Assembly (NCBI GenBank): GCA_013416795.1
Contig: RQSC01000011.1
Location: 1-49,697, forward strand
Source: Prasinococcaceae sp. CCMP 1430
Lineage: Eukaryota; Plantae; Prasinodermophyta
DNA length: 49,697 nucleotides
Reading direction: 5' to 3'
This document shows positions 9,002-18,796 of this stretch, in pieces. The position numbers and the translations under genes were made by a program. The notes under the pieces are model-generated. The model made no database searches and was not told where the DNA came from. It saw only the letters and a list, made by a program, of their open reading frames with translations. Each line of letters opens with the position of its first letter. The stretch's first letter is position 1.

Positions 9002-11626
9002 ATGGCGTCGACTGGCTTTGAGTTCGGCGCGCTGCTGGGAGCCACGTACACAGGCGGGCGCGTGGCCTTCTCCACCACCGATGGCGCGATGCTTGCCCCC
9101 GTCGGTGCGCGCGTGCTGTCGGTCGACACCGCGGCGGGGCGCAGCCGCTGCCTGCCGCTCGAGGCGCTCGACAACGTGCGCTCGGTGGTGCCGTCGCCCT
9201 CGGGGCGCCTCGCGCTCCTCATAGACGCTAAGTCGCGGTCGGTGTTGGTGGACCTGGCGTCGGGCGTGGCGCTGCACCACTTCACCTTTCCCGACGCCGT
9301 GCGCGACTGCCGCTGGTCGCCCGACGGCCTACACATTGCCGCCGCGTGCGGGCGCCACATGCGGCTGTACCGCGCGCCGCGGCCAGGCGTGAAGAAGTAC
9401 GCGCCGTTCGCGCGCCTGCGCACCTTCGGCGGGTATGCGGACAGCGTGGCGTGCCTTGACTGGTCGCCCGACTCGCGGCTCGTGCTGGCCGCGTGCGACG
9501 ACACTACCGTGAAGGTGCACAGCCTCGCGGGCGTCGACGACGGCGCCGTCGCGACCTTCGTGGGCCACCGCGCGCCGCCGGCAGCGGCGTTCTTCGTCGG
9601 TGGAGTGGGCAGCGGGCTCACGGCCGCGGTGGTCTCCACCGACGGTGCGGTGTACATGTGGGCCAGGCAGGACGCCGAGGCGGGCGTCGGGGTGGGTGCG
9701 GACGGCTCGCAGCCCGGCTGGGGGGCTGGCAGTGACAGCGACAGCGAGGGCGAGGAGGGCGAGGAGGGCGGCGCGGCAGCGGAGGAGGCAGGGAAGGACA
9801 AGCTGCCGTGGAGGTTGAGCGGCAAGCATTACTTCATGCGGGGTGGCACGACCGTGACCTCGTGCGACTGCCATCGCACCAGCGGCCTGCTGCTGACGGG
9901 CTTCTCCGACGGCACGTTCGCTCTGCATCGCCTCCCGGCCTTCGAGCACCTGCAGTCGCTGAGTGTGTCGCGCGGCGTCCTTGACGCGACGGCCATCTCG
10001 CCCTCGGGCGACAAACTCGCGCTGGGCTGCGGCGAGCTCGGTCAGCTGCTCGTGTGGGACTGGCGCTCGGAGAGCTACGCGCTGCGGCAGCAGGGCCACC
10101 GCGCCGGGGCGTCGGCAGTGGCGTGGGCGCCCGACTCGGCGACGCTCGCGACGGCGGGCGACGACGGCAAGGTCAAGGTGTGGAGCCGCGATAGCGGCAT
10201 GTGCTTCGTGACCTTCTCCGACCACGCGGCGGCTGTGACCGCGCTACAGTTCATGCCCAACGGCCACGCGCTGGTGTCGGCTTCGCTCGACGGCACCGTG
10301 CGCGCCTTCGATCTGGTGCGCTATCGCAACTTCCGCACTTTCGCCGCGCCGCATGCGGCGCAGTTCGTGTCGGTCGCCGTGGACGGCGGCGGCGAGGTGG
10401 TGGCCGCGGGTACGCTCGATCCGTTCAAGATCTTCGTGTGGTCGCTGCGCACCGGCCAGCTGCTGAGCGCGCTCGCGGGCCACGAGGGCCCCGTGTACAG
10501 CCTGGCGTTCATGCCGCTGCAGCCCGTGCTGGCGAGCGGCTCGTGGGACAAGACCGTGCGCCTGTGGAACATCTTCAGCGGCGAGGGATGCATCGCCACG
10601 CTGCGCCACTCGCACGAAGTGCTCGCGCTCGCGCCGCGACCCGACGGCAAGCAGCTCGCCACCGCCACTCTGAACGGAGAGTTGCACTTCTGGGACGCCG
10701 ACGACGGTGAGCTCAAGGGCGTGCTCGAGTGCCGCCGCGACATCGGCGGTCACCGTGGGGAGGACCGCAGCAATCGCTGCTTCCGCAGCCTCAGCTATTC
10801 CAGCGACGGCACCATGGTGCTGGCAGCCGGCAAGGCGCGCCAGGTGTGCCTTTACGACATCGCCGACAAAGTACTGCTGCGCCGCTGGGAGGTGGGCCCG
10901 CCGCTGCACTCGCTGGGGTACCACAGCGCTCCCGCGTCGCACCAGAAGGGCGGGCCGCGCGCGGGGCTTCGCGACGGGCTGGGGCTCAACGGGTACGATG
11001 CGGAGGCGGACGACCTGCCCGGGCTGTCGGCGGGCAGCAAGACCGTGTCGGACGCGCCGGGAGCCGCGTGCGTGCGCTTCTCCGCCGACGGGCGCTCGTG
11101 GGCGGCGGCGACCGCGCTGGGCACCATGCTCTTCTCGCTTGACACCTCGGGCGAGTTCGGGCCTGTGCACCTGGGCGAGGACATCACGCCTGTGGCGTAC
11201 GCCGCGGCGCTGCGCGAGGAGCGCTGGGCGCGCGCGCTGGCGCTGGCGGCACAGCTGGGCTCGGAGGCGCTGCTGGTGAAGGCGCTGCTTGCGGTGCCGG
11301 CAAGCGACCGCGCGGCGGCCGCCGAGGCGCTGCCCAAGGCCTACCTCGCGCGGGTGCTGGTGTCGGTCGCCGGCCAGATCGACGGCGGCGCACACCTCGA
11401 GGTGGGGCTGCGCTGGGCGCACTGTTTGCTCCGCGCGCACGGCCACCTCGCGCGCTCGGCGCCCGCGCAGCTGGTACCCGCGATGCGCTCGATCAAGCAG
11501 GCAGTCACCAAGCACCAGCAGGGGCTCGCTGAGATGGCTGAGCAGAACGCCTTCTCGCTGCTCTACCTCTCGCAGCAGCGGGACGCGGCCCCCGCGGCGC
11601 CCGAGGCGCCCATGGAGGAGGACTGA
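9002..11626 (+). CDS. PWP2: Periodic tryptophan protein 2 / Utp1 (WD40, SSU processome), 874 aa
   Basis: PWP2-type N-terminus (FEFGALLGATYTGG..APVG), QLLVWDWRSESYALRQQGH, many GH..WD repeats and a helical C-terminal domain. Confidence 0.93.
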   Translation: MASTGFEFGALLGATYTGGRVAFSTTDGAMLAPVGARVLSVDTAAGRSRCLPLEALDNVRSVVPSPSGRLALLIDAKSRSVLVDLASGVALHHFTFPDAVRDCRWSPDGLHIAAACGRHMRLYRAPRPGVKKYAPFARLRTFGGYADSVACLDWSPDSRLVLAACDDTTVKVHSLAGVDDGAVATFVGHRAPPAAAFFVGGVGSGLTAAVVSTDGAVYMWARQDAEAGVGVGADGSQPGWGAGSDSDSEGEEGEEGGAAAEEAGKDKLPWRLSGKHYFMRGGTTVTSCDCHRTSGLLLTGFSDGTFALHRLPAFEHLQSLSVSRGVLDATAISPSGDKLALGCGELGQLLVWDWRSESYALRQQGHRAGASAVAWAPDSATLATAGDDGKVKVWSRDSGMCFVTFSDHAAAVTALQFMPNGHALVSASLDGTVRAFDLVRYRNFRTFAAPHAAQFVSVAVDGGGEVVAAGTLDPFKIFVWSLRTGQLLSALAGHEGPVYSLAFMPLQPVLASGSWDKTVRLWNIFSGEGCIATLRHSHEVLALAPRPDGKQLATATLNGELHFWDADDGELKGVLECRRDIGGHRGEDRSNRCFRSLSYSSDGTMVLAAGKARQVCLYDIADKVLLRRWEVGPPLHSLGYHSAPASHQKGGPRAGLRDGLGLNGYDAEADDLPGLSAGSKTVSDAPGAACVRFSADGRSWAAATALGTMLFSLDTSGEFGPVHLGEDITPVAYAAALREERWARALALAAQLGSEALLVKALLAVPASDRAAAAEALPKAYLARVLVSVAGQIDGGAHLEVGLRWAHCLLRAHGHLARSAPAQLVPAMRSIKQAVTKHQQGLAEMAEQNAFSLLYLSQQRDAAPAAPEAPMEED

Positions 11627-12774
11627 CACTGACGTGACGGCCTTGTAACATTATCACTCCCCTACTGCCTGCGTGAGGCGACACCATCAGCGCGTGAGTG
11701 CTTGCATGCGTGCGTGCGTGTGCGCGTGCGCGCCTGCGTGCGTGTGTGCCCGTCGGTGTGGCGTCGTTTGCTGCCCTCCGCTGCCCTCCCCTCGGACCAA
11801 GCCGGCACCCCCGAAACAGTCTGACAGCTCACATTCCACGCTGACGGTGCGCCGAAACGTGTCCGGAGCACTCATCAAAGCCACATGTTTGGAGATGATG
11901 TGGCCTTGGCACGTGGCGCCCTGCGCGGCGGCGGAGGCGGCGCGAAGGGGCACGCAAACTCCCATCAGTCTGAACGGACGCCGACAGGTCGACTTACCTC
12001 CAACGCACGCACCCCCTTGGCATTGGGACGTCCTTTGATTTGATCGACTCCTTTCGCAGCAGCCAGCGCGCCTGCCATTGATCCATTCAATGTCAGCCGC
12101 GCAACAACCGACCGATCGACACCTTTTTCTTTTTTGGATCTGCGCGTTGCACACGTCGGTGCACGCACGTCCGTCGCGCGACACTCGTGCACGATCCAAA
12201 ATGGATCTATCGATGCGTCTATCGATGGTCCCCGCCGCGGGAAACCGACGGACCACCACCAACTCCACCCCGACAGGCTTGAGGATCATCGCTCGGGGTG
12301 CGCTGGCTTCGAGATCGCGGGGTGGTTGGCGCGCGCCCCCTCACTCCTGTCATTCTCCGGGGTCATTCGCGGCGAGCGTCGTGCGGCACTTCTTCTCTTC
12401 CCCAGCCGAGCGCGCGCGCTTTTGCGCGGCGGCGCCGCGCGGCCCCACACGGGGCGCGGCGCGCGCACCCGCGTGGGGAGTGGGGAGGTTGGGGGGGAGG
12501 GGGCAGGGAGGGGTGAGAGAGCGTGTCGAGTGCGTGTGGCGCCCGGGCGTAGCGCGCGTGGCCCGAGTGGGGACGTGAAGTGGGGGGTGGGGGGGGTGAG
12601 GGCTCGCGCCGCGCCCCGCGCGTTTTTTGGGGGTGGCGCTGCTTTTTTTGGCGCCGGCACCGGCAGGCCGGTGCGCACGCGGGGACGGGTGCTGGGTTAG
12701 GGCTGTTCAGCCGCCGGTGAGGCCGCCGCCGCTGTCGCCGGTGAACTGGCACCTGGCGCTCTGCCGCTCTCGGC

Positions 12775-15555
12775 ATGTCTGCTCGGCACGGCGGGATGGC
12801 CTGCTTCTGGGCGTGCGGGCGGCGCTGCTCGGGTACGCTCGTCGCTACGGCCATCCTGCTGCTTGGGCTGGTGGCGTGCGCCCCGCGCGGATGCTTGGCT
12901 GCGTGGCCACAGGTGCTGAGGCCGCGCTACGGCGAGGTGACGGCCGCAGGCGGGGAGGTGTGCGGGCGGATAAGGCTGCCATGGTCGCTGGGCGCGCTTG
13001 CGCGCTGGGCTACGACGGCGAGCGGGGCGTGCGCGTGCTGCGCGGCAGTCCTGCTCGCGTGGGCCCTGTATCGGGCGATCGGCTGGCTCGTGCGCAGGCG
13101 GGTCGCACGAAGGCACAGGCACTGGGCGTTTCTTCGCGGCTACTTTCGCGGCTTCAGTTCTCGGTCGCGCAAGTGCATGGCATGGATGGGCAGGGACGAC
13201 CTACGCTCCCTTGGCCTGCCTGTCGCCGGCGAGCACCCCGGGCAGCTGGTGCCGTCGCACCCCGATATGGGAGCGCTTGGAGTCAGCGCGCTCTTCGTCC
13301 AGGGCTTGCTGCGCGCCGCAAAGCTGCACCGGCCCATGCCAGGTGGACACACTCCGACGACCTCGCCCGCCAAACGCAGGTCCGCCGGGCGCGGGCGCCT
13401 CTGCACCGTCATGAGTTCGCCTCTCGACTACGCTTCCAGCGCTGGCTACAGACTGATGGGGATGGACTCCGACGCCGACTCGGATGACGAGGGTGACGAT
13501 GCTCAATTAGAAGAAGACGTTGAGATGTCTACGCTCGCTGCCTTCGAGGCAATCATGCACAGGCTGAACACTTTGGAGACACGCATCTCAGACGCAGGGC
13601 TAGCCGCCGAGGCGGCCGCGCGGAGCAGCAGCTGGCCCAGTGGCAGTTTCACCTTCTCTCGGCTCTCCGGATGGCTCACGGGCGGGGAGCCTGCCAAGGA
13701 CGGGAGTGGGGGAGGCGTGGAAGAGGAGCCCCCTACTGCAGTCACGCGCGTTGCGAGGGGCCAGCCGCGCGCCGGGCAGTCGGCTTCGAGCGCAGCTGCC
13801 AACGCGGAACTTGCGCGAAAGCTGTGCGAGGACGTGCAGAGCGTCAAGCGCTCCGTGCTGGCGCTCGTGTCTGCCACCTCGACGAGGTACAACTCGAAGC
13901 CGCTCGCGTACGTCGCTCCCGGCTGGGGGCTGACAGTGTTGCACCCAATCAGTTCCCCGGCATCGGCGAACATGCGACCCGCCACAGCAGCGCTGCAGGC
14001 ATTTCGGAAGATGAGCTCCAACCGTGCCAGCGTCGTGCAACACACGGCCGGCACCCTACACACAAGCGCCAGCGCTCACCTGAGTTCCGTTCGCATCCGG
14101 GGGGGGTCGGGCCGCGCCAAGTCGGCCTTTGCCCTGCGCTCAGCGTCATCGATGCCGGGGCGTCGCTCGCTCGGCGTCACGCACGAGGGCCTCGAGAGCG
14201 CGCGCACGAGCAGCAGCGACGACGAGCTCGCTGCTGCTCGCGGCGGCGAGCCGTGGCAGATGCGAGTGCTGTCCGCCGATGAGGTACTCTCGGATGGCTT
14301 CAGCGCCTTCGAAGTCTCAGAGCGCGTGGGGGGGCAGCCGGTGACTTGTGTGCTACTGACGATGCTGCAGCACTTCGGCCTTTTCCGAATGCTTCCCATC
14401 GACCCAGCGGTCGTCGCGCGCTTCGGGGCGGCCGTCGACCGCGGCATGAGCGCGGACAACCCCTACCACAACGCCGAGCACGCGGCCGAGGTGACGCAGC
14501 GGCTGGGCATGATGATGCAGCAGACTGAGTTCCACAAGCGCCTGACGGCAACGGAGCTCTTCGCGGCCCTCGTCGCCGCAGCAGCGCACGACTTCGAACA
14601 CCTGGGCGTGAACAACAACTTTCTCGTGACCATCGGCGCGACCTACGCGCACGAGCACAACGACTGTGCGTGCCAAGAGAACCACTCGCTCGTCGCAGCC
14701 TTCACTGTGATGGATTTGCCCGGTTGTGACGTCCGAGGGGGGCTGAATGCGGCGGAGCGCGCCGCGTTCCGCAGCGTGTGCATCCAGATGGTTCAGGCGA
14801 CAGATATGTCACGTCACTTCGACCTCTTAGCGCGCTTCACCGCCAGGCGGCAGCAAGCCGACGGCATGACCATGAGCATTGCAAGCGACCGCCTGCTCAT
14901 GCTCATGATGCTCATCAAGGCTGCGGACATCTCAAACTCCGTCAAAGTCTGGGACCAGCAGCGCGAATGGGCGGAGCGCGTGCAGGCAGAGTTCTTTGCG
15001 CAGGGGGATATGGAGCGCGAGCTCGGTCTGCCCATGTCGCCGCTGATGGACAGGGAGTGCGGCGACGTACCGGCGGGGCAGATAGGCTTCCTGGACATGC
15101 TAGCCAAGCCGCTCTTCGTGGCGATCGCGGATGAACTGCCCGCTCTCAAGCCGCTTGTGGCCCGCCTCGAGGCGAACCGCCAACGCTGGGCGAGCGCACC
15201 CAAGCACCGCGTGTGGAGCAAGGGCGAGATGCGCCACCAGACTCGCCTCAAGGAAGACATACGTGCCTTCAGACGCAAGCGCGTGGAACAGTCGCTCTGG
15301 GAGCTCTCAGGGGAACCCGCTCGCGTGGCCAAAGAAGGTTCGCTGTCGTCCGAGAGCGGGGGGCTCTCGAGGCAGTCCAAAGACTCGTCAAGGTCGCCGT
15401 CGGCGAAGAAGGCGACGCGAGCGAGCAAGCACATCGCGCGCGGTGGCGGCAAGCGCATCAGATCACTAGGAAACCGAGTCGGGAGCGCCGTGGGGACGAT
15501 GCTCTCGCCGCTCGCTTGGATGACGCGGCCCGCGCCTCACTCCACGGAGGCGTAG
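12775..15555 (+). CDS. Class I 3',5'-cyclic nucleotide phosphodiesterase with N-terminal hydrophobic segments (926 aa)
   Basis: YHNAEHAAEV, HDFEH..VNNNFL, ENHS, ATDMSRHF, IKAADISN, EFFAQGD.ER and QIGF. The N-terminal gene model is less certain. Confidence 0.92.
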   Translation: MSARHGGMACFWACGRRCSGTLVATAILLLGLVACAPRGCLAAWPQVLRPRYGEVTAAGGEVCGRIRLPWSLGALARWATTASGACACCAAVLLAWALYRAIGWLVRRRVARRHRHWAFLRGYFRGFSSRSRKCMAWMGRDDLRSLGLPVAGEHPGQLVPSHPDMGALGVSALFVQGLLRAAKLHRPMPGGHTPTTSPAKRRSAGRGRLCTVMSSPLDYASSAGYRLMGMDSDADSDDEGDDAQLEEDVEMSTLAAFEAIMHRLNTLETRISDAGLAAEAAARSSSWPSGSFTFSRLSGWLTGGEPAKDGSGGGVEEEPPTAVTRVARGQPRAGQSASSAAANAELARKLCEDVQSVKRSVLALVSATSTRYNSKPLAYVAPGWGLTVLHPISSPASANMRPATAALQAFRKMSSNRASVVQHTAGTLHTSASAHLSSVRIRGGSGRAKSAFALRSASSMPGRRSLGVTHEGLESARTSSSDDELAAARGGEPWQMRVLSADEVLSDGFSAFEVSERVGGQPVTCVLLTMLQHFGLFRMLPIDPAVVARFGAAVDRGMSADNPYHNAEHAAEVTQRLGMMMQQTEFHKRLTATELFAALVAAAAHDFEHLGVNNNFLVTIGATYAHEHNDCACQENHSLVAAFTVMDLPGCDVRGGLNAAERAAFRSVCIQMVQATDMSRHFDLLARFTARRQQADGMTMSIASDRLLMLMMLIKAADISNSVKVWDQQREWAERVQAEFFAQGDMERELGLPMSPLMDRECGDVPAGQIGFLDMLAKPLFVAIADELPALKPLVARLEANRQRWASAPKHRVWSKGEMRHQTRLKEDIRAFRRKRVEQSLWELSGEPARVAKEGSLSSESGGLSRQSKDSSRSPSAKKATRASKHIARGGGKRIRSLGNRVGSAVGTMLSPLAWMTRPAPHSTEA

Positions 15556-15896
15556 TAGAACGCAGCGGCCGTTCGAAACCCATGCAGGCTATCAAGCAAC
15601 GCACGCGCGGCCGACGGCTTGCGCGCAGCAGCTCCACCAAGCGAATCCCTTTCTTTGAAATGCGCGGCGCGGCGCATTCGCGAGGCCGGTCGAGCCACAA
15701 GCTGAGGGGCAAAACCATTGACGTAAGTGTTGTACGGATTGGCCGGTCCTAGGACGCGCGCGAAGGGGCCGTCGGGCGGCGCGCCTGCTGCAATGTCAGA
15801 CGACGAGGGGGAGAAAGAGCTCGAGGAAAGATGCTCGAGGCAGCAATGTGTTTAATTCGTCAGCCACACGCGCCCCTGCCGGGGCAACGCCGAGCT

Positions 15897-17535
15897 CTAC
15901 AGTTTAGCTTTGGGCAGCGTGGGGCTTGTCATTTCTTTGGGGCGCACCCACTCGTCGAACTGGTCGGCGGTGAGGATGCCCAGCGAGACGCCCGCCTCCT
16001 TGAGGCTCGTGTTCTCGGCGTAGGCCTTTTTGGCAATCTTGGCGGCGTTGTCGTAACCGATGTACGGGTTGAGGGCCGTGACAAGCATGAGGCTCGAGTT
16101 CATGAGCTCGTCGATGCGCGGTTTGTTGGCATCAATGCCCACCACGCAGTTGTCGGCGAAGCTCACGCACGCGTCCGAAAGCAGACGGATGGACTGCAGG
16201 TTGTTGTACGAGATGAGCGGCTTGGCCACATTGAGCTCGAAGTGCGAGCCAGCCGCGCCGCCGATGGTCACGCCCATGTCATTGCCGATAACCTGCGCGC
16301 ATACCATCATCACAGCCTCCGACTGCGTCGGGTTCACCTTGCCAGGCATGATGGAAGAGCCAGGCTCGTTGGCAGGCAGGATGAGCTCTCCGAGCCCAGC
16401 GCGCGGGCCACTGCCGAGCATGCGCACGTCGTTGGCGATCTTCAGAACCGACAGCGCGATGGTCTTGAGCAGGCCAGCGAGCGCCATCTGCGCGTCGTGT
16501 GCGGCGAGCGACTCGAACTTGTTGGGTGCGGTCGAGAATGGCAGGCCGGTGAGGTCAACGAGCTCCTTGGCGACCAGCGGCGCGAAGTCAGGGTGCGAGT
16601 TGAGGCCCGTGCCAACGGCAGTGCCGCCGAGCGCCAGCTCGAGGAGGTGCACCATCGCACCCTTGGCGCGCAGGACGGAGTTTCGCATTTGCTGCACATA
16701 GCCCGAGAACTCCTGGCCCAGCGTGAGCGGCACGGCGTCCATGAGGTGCGTGCGGCCAATCTTCACGACGTCCTTGAACTCCTCCTGCTTGCGTTCCAGC
16801 GTGTCGCGCAGGTGCCGCAGCGACGGAAGCAGGCGCTCCTGCACCTCGTACGCGGTCGCGACGGACATCGCCGTGGGGAAGACGTCGTTGGACGACTGCG
16901 ACATATTGCAGTGGTCGTTGGGATGCACGGGGTCCTTGGAACCCACCACGCCGCCGAGGATCTGGATGGCGCGATTGGCGAGCACCTCGTTCATGTTCAT
17001 GTTGGTCTGCGTGCCCGAGCCGGTCTGCCACACGACGAGCGGGAAGTGGTCGTCCAGCTTGCCGTCCATCACATCCTGCGCCGCGAAGCGTATGGCATCT
17101 GCCCGCCGCTTGTCGAGCTTGCTCAGCTTGTAGTTGGCGCTGGCGCAGGCGTGCTTGACGCACGCGAGTGAGCGCAGAAGCGACAGCGGCTGCTTCTCGC
17201 CGCCGATTTTGAAGTTTTGCAGCGAGCGCTGCGTCTGCGCCCCCCACAGTCGGTCGGCGGGCACCTCGAGCGAGCCCATGGTGTCGGACTCGATGCGCAC
17301 CTGCACGCCAGGGCGCGTGAGGCAGTGAGCGCGACCAGGCGCACGTCAACAGCCGCAGGTGGGCCGAGTGGGTTGGGAACGTGTGGGGGGATCAACCCGC
17401 AGCTGTGGCGCCGCCCGGGCGCCCGCTCCGCACCTTGCGCTCGCCATCCGCGTCGCTGCGCTCCTTCGTCAGCGCCCCCCTGCCATCGCGCGGCCCTCGC
17501 TTGAGGAGCTCGCGCAGGCGCGGCTCGAAGCTCAT
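15897..17535 (-). CDS. fumC: Class II fumarate hydratase; join(complement 17535..17434,17300..15897), ~501 aa, C-terminal AKL
   Basis: [37 protein letters not shown] and the [15 protein letters not shown] signature. Phase-0 intron 17433..17301 (AAG|GTGCGG...CAG). An upstream in-frame ATG exists at 17841. Confidence 0.96.
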
Positions 17536-18796
17536 GGCGGTGGCCGCCGTCGCGCCCGCCGGCGCCCCGCGAAGGGGCGCGCAGCGCAGCCGCTCGGATC
17601 GCGAGAGCGGCAGCCGCCGGCGCCCGCGTGCACGCTGCGGCGGCCGCGCGCGCGCGCGAAGCGCGCTCCCAACCCAACCCCTCCTCTCCCAGTCGCCCCG
17701 CCCACCGCAACCCCGCCACACACCCCTGCCTCCCGCGCTCGGTGTGGCAGCGCCCCCCTCCCCTCCCCTTCGCCCGCGCGCGCGCAGAAAAAGCGCAGCG
17801 CCGGCCGCCAGCTCAGCGCGCTGAGATTGGCGCCGAGCCATCACCGCTGTGGTGGTGGCGGACGCGGTCGATAGACGGGCCGTTTTCGTTTTGCGGATCA
17901 TCTGTGGGATCCGTGGCGCGCTGCGCTCGCCAGAGTTTTCGCACGACGCGCCCACAGTCGGATCATTTTCTCGATGAGTGAGGGGGCGCGCGCGGCGGCG
18001 CGCGCGGTTCCCCGGCCTGATGAGGAGCCGAGGGGTGGCGAGCCGACCGATGCTTAGCGCGGCCGAGCGCGCGCGCGCCGGTTTGGGCGCGAGAACGGCA
18101 CGCGTTCGCCGGGCGGGGCGGGGCGCGGCTGCGAGGGATCGATGGGCCGAGCGCGGGGAACCGTGTTGGAACCGCGCGGCGCCGCGGGGCGCCGGATGGG
18201 CGCACGATAGGAACGCAGCGCCGACCCAGGCAGAGGCCGAGGCCGCGGCAAGCCGGAGCCCCTCGCTGCGCGGCGCAGCGCGCGTATGTGGTGCGTGGAG
18301 AGTCTCGACGAGCGCCAGGACGGGGGCTGGGTGCGAACAGGACCTTGCCCCGGGCGGGGGGGCGGGCGACGCCCCAGCTACACAGTATAGGCGTGAGCGG
18401 AAGGGGGGGGGGAGAGAGGGGCGCAGGCGCGGAGGGCGTGGGCGAGGAGGGTGGCGCGCTGCGCGCGCAGGCGCCGCTACTGCTGCGCCAGACAGCGCGC
18501 ACGGCCGGCGCGTCTCGTCGCGGGTGCCTCCCGCGCTCAAAGCGGACGGTGGCCGCGTGCGGCAAGCGTGTGCTCAACGCGTGGGTCATCCTCCGCCGAA
18601 CGAGGGTGTTCTTCACGCGCCGGGGTGCGCAAGCGCAGACGCTTGCGTGAGTGAGCGCCTGTGCCGGAGCACGCGCGCGTTCCGCATCGCTTCGTTGCGT
18701 GGTCGTGTGGCCTCGGCGCGCAGCCCCCCATTGGGGGCGCGTGTCGGTGCGGACGCGCGGAACGCATACAAGCTCGAGGCTGTGTCTGCGTGAATC

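Noticed and set aside
11695-11760. (GC/GT)-rich microsatellite-like tract, and many (GC)n runs elsewhere
   Set aside because: Simple low-complexity sequence typical of this genome; no spacer-repeat structure, so not CRISPR.
15831-17171. 446-aa plus-strand ORF
   Set aside because: Antisense to fumarase; explained by codon bias.
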